Shown one piece after another: positions 30,139 to 39,370 of a stretch of DNA of 64,000 nucleotides; within the stretch, counting starts at the first letter, position 1; every line of letters starts with the position of its first letter. The stretch lies in contig JBDLKA010000001.1 of NCBI GenBank assembly GCA_039714075.1, forward strand, positions 121,412 to 185,411, written 5' to 3'. Below the pieces are notes generated by a model, which saw nothing but the letters and a program-made list of their open reading frames with translations, was not told where the DNA came from and searched no databases. This stretch comes from Candidatus Krumholzibacteriota bacterium (GTDB lineage: Bacteria > Krumholzibacteriota > Krumholzibacteriia > LZORAL124-64-63). A program made the position numbers and the translations under genes.

Positions 30139-31283
30139 GCCGACCCGCCGTCCGTGACGTCCCTGAGCCTGGCCAGGCTAACTTCAGCGGGAAGTGCCCC
30201 GCCCCCGGTGAGGTGTTTGAAGACCGCATCCACGTATTCCATGTTGGCGTGGAACCCGGCCACCTGATGGGCCCTGGCCAGGGCCTGCCGGCCCGCCGCT
30301 GCCAGAAATTCCGGATCCCCTGCGAACCGCAGCATGGCCGCGGCCAGGTCCGCGGCGTTCCGGGGCGGAACGACCAGACCGGAAAACCCGTCCTCGATCC
30401 ACTCCACGGAAGACGGCAGGTCGGAAATGATGATCCCGCGGGCGCAGGACATGGCCTCCAGGAGGCTCACGGCGGTGGCATCGACCGAAGGTACGGAAAT
30501 AAACACGTCGCAGGACTGCAGGGCGGTGGCGAATTCGCGGTGGGGCAGGCGGCCGACCATGGCCATCACGTCTTCGATGCCCGCGGCGGCGGCCTTGCGC
30601 TGGAACGGCCCCGGGTCGCCCTCGTAACCCGAAAACAGGAACCGGGCCCTTGGTTCGCGCGCCTTGACCAGGGCCGCGGCCTCGATCACCGTGTCGATAT
30701 TGTAGTAGGGCTGGGTGTAGCTGCGCGGGGAGTAGTACAGAAGATGCTCATCCGCGAAACCCAGATTCCGCTTCCATTGCGGGTCCGCTCCGGGCTTGAA
30801 AACATCGAAATCAACACCCCACAGAACGCGGAAACTACGGTCGGGATCGGCGCCGAGGTCGGCGGCGACATCCAGGATATCGGTGGAGTCCCCGGTCAGC
30901 GCGTCGCAGTCGGACAGGGCCATGCGCGCCAAACGGTTCTTGAGGCCGTTTTCGAACGGGGTGACGTAGACATCATCACCCCAGACGGTCAATACGTTCG
31001 GGTGAAAACCGCTGAACCTCCCCCAGTAGCCGTAACCGGTCAGGAAGTGGGTATTCAACAGGTCGGGCTTGATGCGCTTCAACAGCCGACGGACCTTGAG
31101 CAGGGAAAAACCGTACCGCAGGGGCTTGGGCCCGAACCCGGACGAGATGTCGTGCACGGTGACACCTTCCACCGGGCCAGGCTGGACGGTCAGCAAATGG
31201 CATTCGTGCCCGCGGTCACTGAACCAGCGGATCCACCGTTCGGTGTGGATGTGTCGGCCGATGGAGAGGAATGCCAGCCGCAA
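30135..31283 (-). CDS. Glycosyltransferase family 4 (GT-B)
   Basis: PDLLNTH, TVWGDD, GVD, SLLEAMSC and G..GLVVPPRN; TTG start. Confidence 0.88.
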   Translation of the reverse strand: MRLAFLSIGRHIHTERWIRWFSDRGHECHLLTVQPGPVEGVTVHDISSGFGPKPLRYGFSLLKVRRLLKRIKPDLLNTHFLTGYGYWGRFSGFHPNVLTVWGDDVYVTPFENGLKNRLARMALSDCDALTGDSTDILDVAADLGADPDRSFRVLWGVDFDVFKPGADPQWKRNLGFADEHLLYYSPRSYTQPYYNIDTVIEAAALVKAREPRARFLFSGYEGDPGPFQRKAAAAGIEDVMAMVGRLPHREFATALQSCDVFISVPSVDATAVSLLEAMSCARGIIISDLPSSVEWIEDGFSGLVVPPRNAADLAAAMLRFAGDPEFLAAAGRQALARAHQVAGFHANMEYVDAVFKHLTGGGALPAEVSLARLRDVTDGGSA

Positions 31284-31335
31284 GGCGACCCCCGCAGGAT
31301 GATAAAGCCGTGGCGCTTCAATGGTGATTGGAACC

Positions 31336-31423
31336 TGGTGCCGGGAGCCGGAATCGAACCGGCACGGAGCAACGCTCCGAGGGATTTTAAGTCCCTTGCG
31401 TCTACCAATTTCGCCATCCCGGC
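31336..31423 (-). tRNA. tRNA-Leu(TAA)
   Basis: GCCGGGATGGCGAAATTGGTAGACGC...CTTAAAA...long variable arm...GGTTCGATTCC...ACCA. Confidence 0.97.
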
Positions 31424-31445
31424 ACGGAAGTTGTTGCTCACAGGG

Positions 31446-31474
31446 ATAATGTATAGATCAAGGCCGGGTGTCAA
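31446..31474 (-). promoter_or_regulatory. Promoter of tRNA-Leu
   Basis: TTGACA-17nt-CATTAT. Confidence 0.75.
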
Positions 31475-31526
31475 TGCCCCGGTGACAGTAAAAAACCGGC
31501 CCCGGGCCGGTTGATGCAGGTAGGAA

Positions 31527-31601
31527 TGGAGGCGGCACCCGGAGTCGAACCGGGGATAACGATTTTGCAGACCGTCGCCTTAACCACTTGGCCATGCCGC
31601 C
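31527..31601 (-). tRNA. tRNA-Cys(GCA)
   Basis: GGCGGCATGGCCAAGTGGTTAAGGC...CTGCAAA...GGTTCGACTCC...TCCA. Confidence 0.97.
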
Positions 31602-31627
31602 CCATTAGTCAGCCATATCCTGATGCA

Positions 31628-31656
31628 ATAATGTTTCATCGCCAGGGTGATGTCAA
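31628..31656 (-). promoter_or_regulatory. Promoter of tRNA-Cys
   Basis: TTGACA-17nt-CATTAT. Confidence 0.75.
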
Positions 31657-31677
31657 CCCGGCTCGCTACAATGACAA

Positions 31678-31700
31678 AGGAGGAGCCGGGGGCTCCTCCT
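31678..31700 (-). terminator. Terminator after tRNA-Gly
   Basis: AGGAGGAGC-5nt-GCTCCTCCT hairpin followed by TTGT on the minus strand. Confidence 0.65.
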
Positions 31701-31708
31701 CGTCGATA

Positions 31709-31784
<76 letters not shown>

Positions 31785-31799
31785 TCGAAACGTTCTGAA

Positions 31800-31828
31800 G
31801 AAATAGCTAATGCCCCCCGTTTTGTCAA
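31800..31828 (-). promoter_or_regulatory. Promoter of tRNA-Gly
   Basis: TTGACA-17nt-TATTTC (weak -10). Confidence 0.5.
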
Positions 31829-31829
31829 A

Positions 31830-32975
31830 TTAAAATGGCCCTGCGGACCGCCCCGGAACGAGTTCGCGATACAGGTCCGCCGTCATGGCCGCGACCCTCT
31901 CCCAGGAATAGTTCTCGATGGCCCGGACCTGGGCCCCTTCCCCGGACCTGGCCCGCTTTTCCGGATCATCCAGCAAGGCCGCCAGTTGCCGGCCCAGGTC
32001 CCGCACATTGCCGCTTTCGAAGTACACCGCCTCGTCGCCTCCCCCTTCGATGTTGGGCGGAATGTCGCTGACCAGGCAGCACCGGGCGTAGCTCATCCCC
32101 TCCAGCAGGGTGATCGACAAGCCCTCCAGGGTCGACGGCAGGACCACCAGGGAAGTGTTGGTGTACAACTCCTCCAGGATGGGGCCGTGGACGTATCCCA
32201 GGAACCGGACCCCCTCCGGAGCCATCGCGTGGAGCTTTTCCACGTAACTGCTGGTGAACCCCGCGTCGCCGGCGATCACAAGATCGAACCGCGCCCGCAG
32301 GGAAGCCGGCAGCTGCCGCCAGGCCTCCAGCAGGAGATGGCAGCCCTTCTCCGGAACGAGCCGCCCCACGAACAGGACGTAATCTTTTTCGATTCCCTGT
32401 TCACGGATCAGCATCGGCTCGCGGTAGACGGGCTGGACGATTCCGTTGGGAATGTAGTCCGTGGCCCTCTTGTGCTGCTCGAGGTAGTGCTCGCGAAGGG
32501 ACCGGGAGACCACGATGGTCCGGTCGGGCAGGCCGACGCTGGCCGATTCCCCGACCCGCAGGACTCCCCGCGCGAAACTCCCCCATTTGTCCCGCTGCCA
32601 GTCGAGGCCGTGCACGGTCACGACGGTCGGCAGGCGCTTGAACAGGCGCGGCACACCCGACAGCAGGCCGGGGCCCAGGGCGTGGTAGTGGACCACGTCC
32701 GCATTCTGGAACAGCACGTGGGCGGTGGATACGATGGTGTGGCTGATGGCGTCCAGGTGTTTGGAGGGGATGCTCGGCAGCCGGTGGACGCGAACACCCG
32801 GCAGATCAACGGTTCCACGGGTGTCGCTGTAATGGGGACGGCTATAGATGTCGACCTCGCAGCCGAGACCCGGAAGTCTGGCTGCGAGTTCGGCTACGTG
32901 TTTTTCAATCCCCCCGTGGACGGGCGGATATCCCTTCTGGCCGATCATGGCCACGCGAATGGGTCGGGACGCCAA
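31830..32975 (-). CDS. Glycosyltransferase family 4
   Basis: GGIEKHV, TVHGLDW.R.KW, IPNG, FVGRLVPEKG and EGLSITLLEGM. Confidence 0.92.
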   Translation of the reverse strand: MASRPIRVAMIGQKGYPPVHGGIEKHVAELAARLPGLGCEVDIYSRPHYSDTRGTVDLPGVRVHRLPSIPSKHLDAISHTIVSTAHVLFQNADVVHYHALGPGLLSGVPRLFKRLPTVVTVHGLDWQRDKWGSFARGVLRVGESASVGLPDRTIVVSRSLREHYLEQHKRATDYIPNGIVQPVYREPMLIREQGIEKDYVLFVGRLVPEKGCHLLLEAWRQLPASLRARFDLVIAGDAGFTSSYVEKLHAMAPEGVRFLGYVHGPILEELYTNTSLVVLPSTLEGLSITLLEGMSYARCCLVSDIPPNIEGGGDEAVYFESGNVRDLGRQLAALLDDPEKRARSGEGAQVRAIENYSWERVAAMTADLYRELVPGRSAGPF

Positions 32976-33001
32976 GAATTCTCCGCCTTTGCCGGTCGGG
33001 A

Positions 33002-34027
33002 TCAGGCAGTGAGCTCCAGGGAAATGCGGCGGCCGTCCTCTTTCAGGGACCGGCAGGCCGCTTCCAGCACTTCGACCACTTTCAGCCCATGGGTGCCGTC
33101 GCTCTGGCAGACAACCTTGTCCTGGATCATGTCCAGGAAATGGGCGGCCTCCGCCTTCAACGGTTCGTAGGTGTCGACGTGCGGCAGAAAGACGTCTCCG
33201 GACCGGTACAACAACTGGAACTCACCGAAGCCCTCGTAGTGCGGCTGCACATCCACGCCCTTGTCGTAGACGCGGATCTTTTCCGAGGGTGAGACATCAT
33301 CATACACCAGCATCTTGTTGCTGCCCACAAAAGTGCAGGTGCGGATCTTGTTGGGGTCCAGCCAGCTGACGTGGATGTGGACCAGCCTGCCGCCGGGATA
33401 CTCCAGGGTCACGAAAGCCACGTCCTCTATGCCGCGTTCCTTCTGGACGTAGCAGTGCCCGGTCGCGCTGACGGCCACGGGTTCGGCGCCGAACAGGAAG
33501 TTCAGCATGGCCACGTCGTGGGGCGCCAGGTCCCAGACCACGTTGGCGTCCTTCTGGAAGATGCCGAGATTCACCCGGGCGATGTTGACGTAGTAGATGT
33601 CCCCCAGCTCACCGTCGTCCAGGAGGGATTTGATCATCCGCACCGGCGGCGAATACACGAAGGTGTGGCCGACCATGAGCTTCAGGTCGGCGGCGGCGGC
33701 CGTCTTGACCATCGTCCGGCAGTCGTCGCTGTTGGTCGCCATCGGCTTTTCGACGAACACGTGCTTGCCGGCTTCCAGCGCTTCCATGCCCAGCTTGAAA
33801 TGGGTCGACATCGGGGTGGCGACCACCACCGCGTCGATTGCGGGATCGTTGATCAGATCCCGGTAGTCGGTCGTCTTGCGGGTGCCGGGGTAAAGCAACC
33901 CGACATGGTTGAGACGCTCTTCATCCAGATCGGAAATGGCGATCAAATCAGCCCCGGGCTGAAGGTTGAAATTGCGAATGAGGTTGGGTCCCCAGTACCC
34001 GCATCCGATCACACCAATGCCTATCAT
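33002..34027 (-). CDS. Gfo/Idh/MocA oxidoreductase (nucleotide-sugar 3-dehydrogenase-like)
   Basis: GCGYWGPN, GKHVFVEKP, VGHTF, WDLAPHD and HVSWL. Confidence 0.88.
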   Translation of the reverse strand: MIGIGVIGCGYWGPNLIRNFNLQPGADLIAISDLDEERLNHVGLLYPGTRKTTDYRDLINDPAIDAVVVATPMSTHFKLGMEALEAGKHVFVEKPMATNSDDCRTMVKTAAAADLKLMVGHTFVYSPPVRMIKSLLDDGELGDIYYVNIARVNLGIFQKDANVVWDLAPHDVAMLNFLFGAEPVAVSATGHCYVQKERGIEDVAFVTLEYPGGRLVHIHVSWLDPNKIRTCTFVGSNKMLVYDDVSPSEKIRVYDKGVDVQPHYEGFGEFQLLYRSGDVFLPHVDTYEPLKAEAAHFLDMIQDKVVCQSDGTHGLKVVEVLEAACRSLKEDGRRISLELTA

Positions 34028-34241
34028 TACCGGCTCGCTTTCATTGGACGAGTAAACGATATCCCAGCCCGGTCCACACCGGCGGACGCATCACTTGAAT
34101 ATCGACAAAACGAAACCATGCTTTAAACCCTGACAGGGTGTTTCAGGAAAATTCAGGAAGCTCCAGGATGGCGCCCCGGTTCCAGCGGGGACAGAGACGT
34201 CGACTACGGCAGTCCGGATGAAAACAAGCGAACTGCCGCTG

Positions 34242-34985
34242 CTAATAGCCTCCGGTGCCCTGAAGAACCACGGGAATGGTCTTCAACAGGATCTTGAAAT
34301 CCTGCCAAGGCGACCAACTGTTGATGTAGCGGATGTCCAGCCGCACCATTTCCTCGAAGGAGACGGTGCTGCGTCCGCTGACCTGCCACAGGCCGGTAAG
34401 CCCCGGAACAGCCTTCAGCCGTTCCATGTGCCAGGGTTGGTAGTTTTCAATCTCGTAGGCGATGGGCGGCCGGGGGCCGACCAGGGACATCTCGCCCCGG
34501 AGAATATTGAACAACTGGGGAAGTTCGTCCAGGGAAGTCTTGCGCAGGAATGTTCCCATGGGGGTGATCCGGGGATCGCCCTTCATCTTGAAGACCTGGT
34601 CGCCTTCATTCGTTTCGGCACAACCGTCTTCATCGCCGCCGATGAACATGGCCACGAACTGCCGGTGGATGGCGTCGTCGCTGTTGTGCTCCATGGAGCG
34701 GAATTTGTAGAACTTGAAAGGCTTGCCGTCACGACCAAGTCTTTCCTGGGCGAACAGGATGGGACCGGGGCTGGTCTTCTTGATCACCAGGGCGATCACC
34801 AGCATGACCGGGGAAACCACAACGAGCATCAAGGATGCCGCCAACAGGTCGAAGGCCCTTTTGAAACGGCCCTGGACGCCGAAATAGCGAGTGGTATCCG
34901 CGGGGATGAAGAGCTTAGGGGGATGAACAGCGAAATCGCCATCAACAACCGCTAAAGCTGCCGCGTCTTCCTTCATGGTGCACAT
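34242..34985 (-). CDS. Bacterial sugar transferase (small phosphoglycosyl transferase)
   Basis: KRAFDL, SPGP, FYKFRSM, DPRIT, SLDELPQL, MSLVGPRP and PGLTGLWQVSGRS. Confidence 0.93.
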   Translation of the reverse strand: MCTMKEDAAALAVVDGDFAVHPPKLFIPADTTRYFGVQGRFKRAFDLLAASLMLVVVSPVMLVIALVIKKTSPGPILFAQERLGRDGKPFKFYKFRSMEHNSDDAIHRQFVAMFIGGDEDGCAETNEGDQVFKMKGDPRITPMGTFLRKTSLDELPQLFNILRGEMSLVGPRPPIAYEIENYQPWHMERLKAVPGLTGLWQVSGRSTVSFEEMVRLDIRYINSWSPWQDFKILLKTIPVVLQGTGGY

Positions 34986-35462
34986 ACTCCCTTTGCCAAG
35001 GCAAAGTTGATGTTATCAAGGCTGAAAGACAATGAACGCGTTAGCTTTGGATCATCTGTTCCTTTCGGCTGTTAAAGGCTGTCGATCAGAATTCCCATCC
35101 GACCAACCATCGAACGCAAATGATAACACATGATTTAAGGTAATGTCCACCCTCCAATTTGTTTTTTTTTCTTCTTAACAATTTAAAAACAACCGGATAT
35201 GACCACTTTGTTGAGGCCCCCAGGTCAAATCCCTGGCAAAAAAGCCCTTAAAACCCCCATCTTGGCCAAATATCTTCATTTTTGAATAGCTTAAGGCGCC
35301 CGGATTCACGATATTTCTTTTGCCTTATGATAGTCGTGATCCTACACTGTCCGAACCCGAATCAACCAAGAGCGCTTCTCCTGATCGCCCTGATTGCCGA
35401 ATCGCTCCTGATTGTTTCGGGAACCATAGCTTTTGCGGATTCATTTGAGAGGAGCTTTAGAA

Positions 35463-36779
35463 ATGTCTGAAAAGCTGCAGATCCAACCTGCTTCCGGGAA
35501 ACTGGGCATCCTGACGCCCGGCATGGGAGCCGTGTCCACCACCTTCATCGCCGGTGTCCACGCCATAAGGGACGGCCTGCGTCTGCCCATCGGAAGTTTT
35601 ACCCAGATGGCTCACATCAGGCTGGGCAAGCGAACCGATGACCGCCAACCCCTGGTGCGGAATTTCGTCCCCTTGACCGAGCTTGGCGACCTGGCCTTCG
35701 GCGGGTGGGATATTTTCGAGGACTCGGTCTACGATGCCGCCGTCAACGCCGGCGTCCTGGAAAAGGAACTGCTGGACCAGCTCAAGCCGCAGCTGGAAAA
35801 GATCAAGCCCATGAAGGCCGTGTTCGACCAGTACTACGTAAAGAAGCTTGAAGGAACGCATGTCAAGACGGGCACCAAGATGGAAATGGCCGAGGCCCTC
35901 ATGGAAGACATGGAGAACTTCAAGAAGGAGAACGGCTGCGACCGTCTGGTGATGGTGTGGTGCGGTTCAACGGAGATCTTCATGAAGCCGACCGAGGTCC
36001 ACCAGACCCTGGCGGCCTTCGAAAAGGGCCTGCGCGAAGACAGCCGGGACATCCCCCCGAGCATGATCTACGCCTACGCCGCCATCAAGATGGGCGTGCC
36101 CTACGCCAACGGCGCTCCCAACCTGAGCGGCGATGTTCCCGCCCTCGAAGAGCTGGCCAAGGAGACCCGCGCCGGTGTCTGCGGCAAGGACTTCAAGACC
36201 GGCCAGACGCTGATGAAGACCATCCTGGCCCCCGGGTTCAAGGCGCGCCAGCTGGGTCTGTCCGGCTGGTTCTCCACCAACATCCTGGGCAACCGGGACG
36301 GCGAGGTCCTGGATGATCCCGAGTCCTTCAAGACCAAGGAAGAGTCCAAGCTCAGCGTGCTGGACAGCATCCTGCAGCCGGACCTGTACCCCGACCTGTA
36401 CGGCAACCTCTACCACAAGGTGCGGATCAACTACTATCCGCCCCGCGGCGACAACAAGGAAGGCTGGGACAACATCGACATCTTCGGCTGGTGCGGACGC
36501 CCCATGCAGATCAAGGTCGATTTCCTGTGCCGCGACTCCATCCTGGCCGCGCCCCTGGTGCTGGACCTCGCCCTCCTGCTGGATCTGGGCAAGCGCGCCG
36601 GTTTGCCGGGCGGCATCCAGGAGTGGCTGTCCTTCTACTTCAAGAGTCCCGTGACTCCTGACGGCCTGACCCCGGAGCATGACATCTTCATCCAACAGAC
36701 AAAGCTGAAGAACACTTTGCGCTGGATGATGGGCGAAGAGGTCATCACCCACCTGGGCCGGGAATATTACGACGGTTGA
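35463..36779 (+). CDS. ino1: myo-inositol-1-phosphate synthase
   Basis: GMGAVSTT, FGGWD, WCGSTE, NGAPN, GKDFKTGQT, NILGNRDG and CRDSILAAP. Confidence 0.93.
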   Translation: MSEKLQIQPASGKLGILTPGMGAVSTTFIAGVHAIRDGLRLPIGSFTQMAHIRLGKRTDDRQPLVRNFVPLTELGDLAFGGWDIFEDSVYDAAVNAGVLEKELLDQLKPQLEKIKPMKAVFDQYYVKKLEGTHVKTGTKMEMAEALMEDMENFKKENGCDRLVMVWCGSTEIFMKPTEVHQTLAAFEKGLREDSRDIPPSMIYAYAAIKMGVPYANGAPNLSGDVPALEELAKETRAGVCGKDFKTGQTLMKTILAPGFKARQLGLSGWFSTNILGNRDGEVLDDPESFKTKEESKLSVLDSILQPDLYPDLYGNLYHKVRINYYPPRGDNKEGWDNIDIFGWCGRPMQIKVDFLCRDSILAAPLVLDLALLLDLGKRAGLPGGIQEWLSFYFKSPVTPDGLTPEHDIFIQQTKLKNTLRWMMGEEVITHLGREYYDG

Positions 36780-36813
36780 CGGGCTTTGCGAACGCCTGCC
36801 GATCAATTGTCAC

Positions 36814-36846
36814 GCCGGTCCCGGTTTCATCCGGGGCCGGCATTTT
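36814..36846 (+). terminator. Terminator after ino1
   Basis: GCCGGTCCCGG-6nt-CCGGGGCCGGC followed by ATTTT. Confidence 0.7.
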
Positions 36847-36885
36847 CATGCTTTACCGCCGACAACGACAAAGACGGGGACACAA

Positions 36886-37545
36886 ATGGACTGGAAGATT
36901 GAAGTTCTGCCCGTAGGGCCGCTGCAGATGAACGCCGTCCTGCTTACGGGAAAGGGGTCCGACGGCGACGAGGCCATCCTGATCGATCCCGGTGAGGAAC
37001 CCGCCCGACTGCTGGCCGCAATCGAAGCGTCCGGCTGCACCTTGAAAGCCCTGCTGGCCACCCACGGACACTTCGATCACGTGGGCGCGGCGGCGGCCGT
37101 CCAGAAAGTCCACGACCTGCCTCTGCGATGCCATGATCAGGACCTCCCCCTGATCGACGAGATGCCCTCCATCCAGATGGCCTACGGTTTCCCCGCCAGC
37201 GCCATTCCCAATTGCCTGCCCGACCTTGCCGACGGCACCGAAATCCCCTTTGCCGGAGGAGTCATCGAGGTCCGGCACGTTCCCGGACATTCGCCCGGCC
37301 AGGTGATGTTCGTTCTGCCACGGCCCCGAACCGGGCCCGGACCAGGTTGCGCCATTGTGGGCGACTGCCTGTTCGCCGGCTCCATCGGCCGGACCGATCT
37401 GCCGGGTGGGGATTTTTCGACCCTGGAAAAAAGCATCCGGGAGCGCATCTACACACTCCCGGATGACACTGTTGTGGTTTCGGGCCATGGACCCGACACG
37501 ACCGTCGGCCGCGAAAAATCGAGCAACCCTTTCGTGCAGGGCTGA
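36886..37545 (+). CDS. MBL-fold metallo-hydrolase (YcbL/glyoxalase II-like)
   Basis: THGHFDHVG, PGHSPG, GDCLFAGSIGRTD, GHGP.TT...E...NPF. Confidence 0.92.
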   Translation: MDWKIEVLPVGPLQMNAVLLTGKGSDGDEAILIDPGEEPARLLAAIEASGCTLKALLATHGHFDHVGAAAAVQKVHDLPLRCHDQDLPLIDEMPSIQMAYGFPASAIPNCLPDLADGTEIPFAGGVIEVRHVPGHSPGQVMFVLPRPRTGPGPGCAIVGDCLFAGSIGRTDLPGGDFSTLEKSIRERIYTLPDDTVVVSGHGPDTTVGREKSSNPFVQG

Positions 37546-37571
37546 CCGGGACCTGCCGGGACGAAGGAGGC

Positions 37572-38411
37572 CTAACCGGCTTCCTTCTCCTTGGCCAGTT
37601 CCGCGGCTTCCCTGATCTCCACCTTTTTCTTTTCCAGCTTCTGGTGTTTCTTCAGGAATTCCTTCTTGATCCAGTCCCGGTACAGCGAGGCGCCGAGACA
37701 GCCCGAATCGTAGGCGTAGATGCTCTGGAAGTTGGCCGGAGCTTCCTCGATCTTGATATTGTTGGTGATGATGGTCTTAAAGATATCGGCCGCCGGGAAA
37801 ACCTGCCCCATTTCGCGCCGCACGGGCTTTTGCAGGGGCGTCCGGCCGTCCTTCTGGGTGATGAGAACCCCCAGCAGCTGCAGCCAGACATTTTGCCTTT
37901 CCTGGATCTTCTCGATGAGGACCTTCATCTGGCGCAGGGTCGATACGGCCAGACCGCTGCACTGGCTGGGGATCAAGGCGTAGTCGGCCGCCACCAGCGC
38001 ATTCTGGGTCAGGACGCCCAGATTGGGAGGCGTGTCGATGATGATCCACCCGTAGGAGGTCGAAAGCGACTCCACCACCTTGGCCAGCCTGTCGTTGATC
38101 TGGGTCTTGGCCATGCTCTCCAGGGAGGGATTGGCGGGCAGAATGTCGATATTCTCGTCATAGATGGTCGACGCGACCCCGTCCTGGGGCGTGATGGCGC
38201 GGCGCAGAACATCGAAAATGCTGCGGGCGGGCGGCTCCCCGTCCAGTTTACCCAGCAGAGTGCTGGTCGCGCTGCCATGGGGATCCATGTCGATGACCAG
38301 GCAGGATGAGGTGACGTCACTGTAGCGAGTCAATCCGGCGGCCAGATTGATAGCCGTTGTCGTTTTGCCGGTTCCACCCTTGTGATTCACAACTGCAATG
38401 ATATTACTCAT
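37572..38411 (-). CDS. ParA/Soj family ATPase (orphan)
   Basis: Deviant Walker A HKGGTGKTT, DMDPHG, IIDTPPNLG and EEAP. Confidence 0.9.
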   Translation of the reverse strand: MSNIIAVVNHKGGTGKTTTAINLAAGLTRYSDVTSSCLVIDMDPHGSATSTLLGKLDGEPPARSIFDVLRRAITPQDGVASTIYDENIDILPANPSLESMAKTQINDRLAKVVESLSTSYGWIIIDTPPNLGVLTQNALVAADYALIPSQCSGLAVSTLRQMKVLIEKIQERQNVWLQLLGVLITQKDGRTPLQKPVRREMGQVFPAADIFKTIITNNIKIEEAPANFQSIYAYDSGCLGASLYRDWIKKEFLKKHQKLEKKKVEIREAAELAKEKEAG

Positions 38412-38554
38412 TTAACAATCCCCTGGAAAGTTTCAAGGCCAATCTGAGCATAAACAGCGGTTAAGAAATATAATCCCAAACCCTTACAGGTGAAAGAAAA
38501 AAGGATCTCAAGCCTGTTTTTGTCCCCCATAGGGGACATTTATTTGCCTAATCA

Positions 38555-39361
38555 TCAGATTCTGGCCTGGATTCCAATCAGGAACTCAAAAAACACCAGG
38601 TGATCTTCCGTTTCAAATTCAATTACCGGCTGGTCGGGCAGGGTGGACTGGGGTACGTAATCCCCCACGGAAAACCCGGTGGCACCCAGGCGGGCCTCGA
38701 ACCGGAGTCCCCACACCCGCTCCAGGTTATGGAGATACCCCAGACCCAGGCGGGCTCCCACATTCGTCTGGGCCAATTTTTCGGCGCGAACGGGCCCCAG
38801 GTGGTTCAGCAAAACCGAAACCTGCGCATAGGGATAGGAAGAGGCCCGGGTCAGGCGGGCTTCCGCGCCAATTCCTAAAGTCACGACCGACATCCGGTCG
38901 AAAAGAAAAACCGCTCCGGTCTGCCCGACCAGGGCCTCGGCGGCAACATCCATCCGGGAGTAACCGAAGTCCGCCCGGACCGACCAGGTGTCACCCAGGT
39001 CCCGCGCCAGGAACAATCCCAAACTCACATTTCGATCCAGGGCAGCGGTGAAACGTGAGGACTGGAATCCCCCACCCGTGTCGGGATCCCAGGGAACGCC
39101 CACTCCATTGAGCACCTTGACCCGGAACAGGTCGCTTCCCCCCAGGACACCTCCGCTGGCACCCAGATACCAGCGCCGGGGGCGCGGGGCGCGGAATTCC
39201 TCCAGGTCCCTGGTTGCGGCCTCCTCCTCTTTCTCCACCGGAGGCTTCGGTTGGTGGCGCCCGGTTTCACTCCTGTCCTGGGCCGAAGCCATCGTCACCG
39301 GCAGGAGCAGAACCAACCCGCAGGCGGCCCAAAAGGTTATCCATTTAAGCGTTGAATTCAT
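38555..39361 (-). CDS. Outer-membrane beta-barrel protein (OmpA/OmpW-like, hypothetical)
   Basis: Signal peptide ending ASA; alternating amphipathic strands (SVRADFGY, LGIGAEARL, RLGLGY, GLRFEAR, EFLIGIQARI). Confidence 0.65.
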   Translation of the reverse strand: MNSTLKWITFWAACGLVLLLPVTMASAQDRSETGRHQPKPPVEKEEEAATRDLEEFRAPRPRRWYLGASGGVLGGSDLFRVKVLNGVGVPWDPDTGGGFQSSRFTAALDRNVSLGLFLARDLGDTWSVRADFGYSRMDVAAEALVGQTGAVFLFDRMSVVTLGIGAEARLTRASSYPYAQVSVLLNHLGPVRAEKLAQTNVGARLGLGYLHNLERVWGLRFEARLGATGFSVGDYVPQSTLPDQPVIEFETEDHLVFFEFLIGIQARI

Positions 39362-39370
39362 ATCAGTCCC

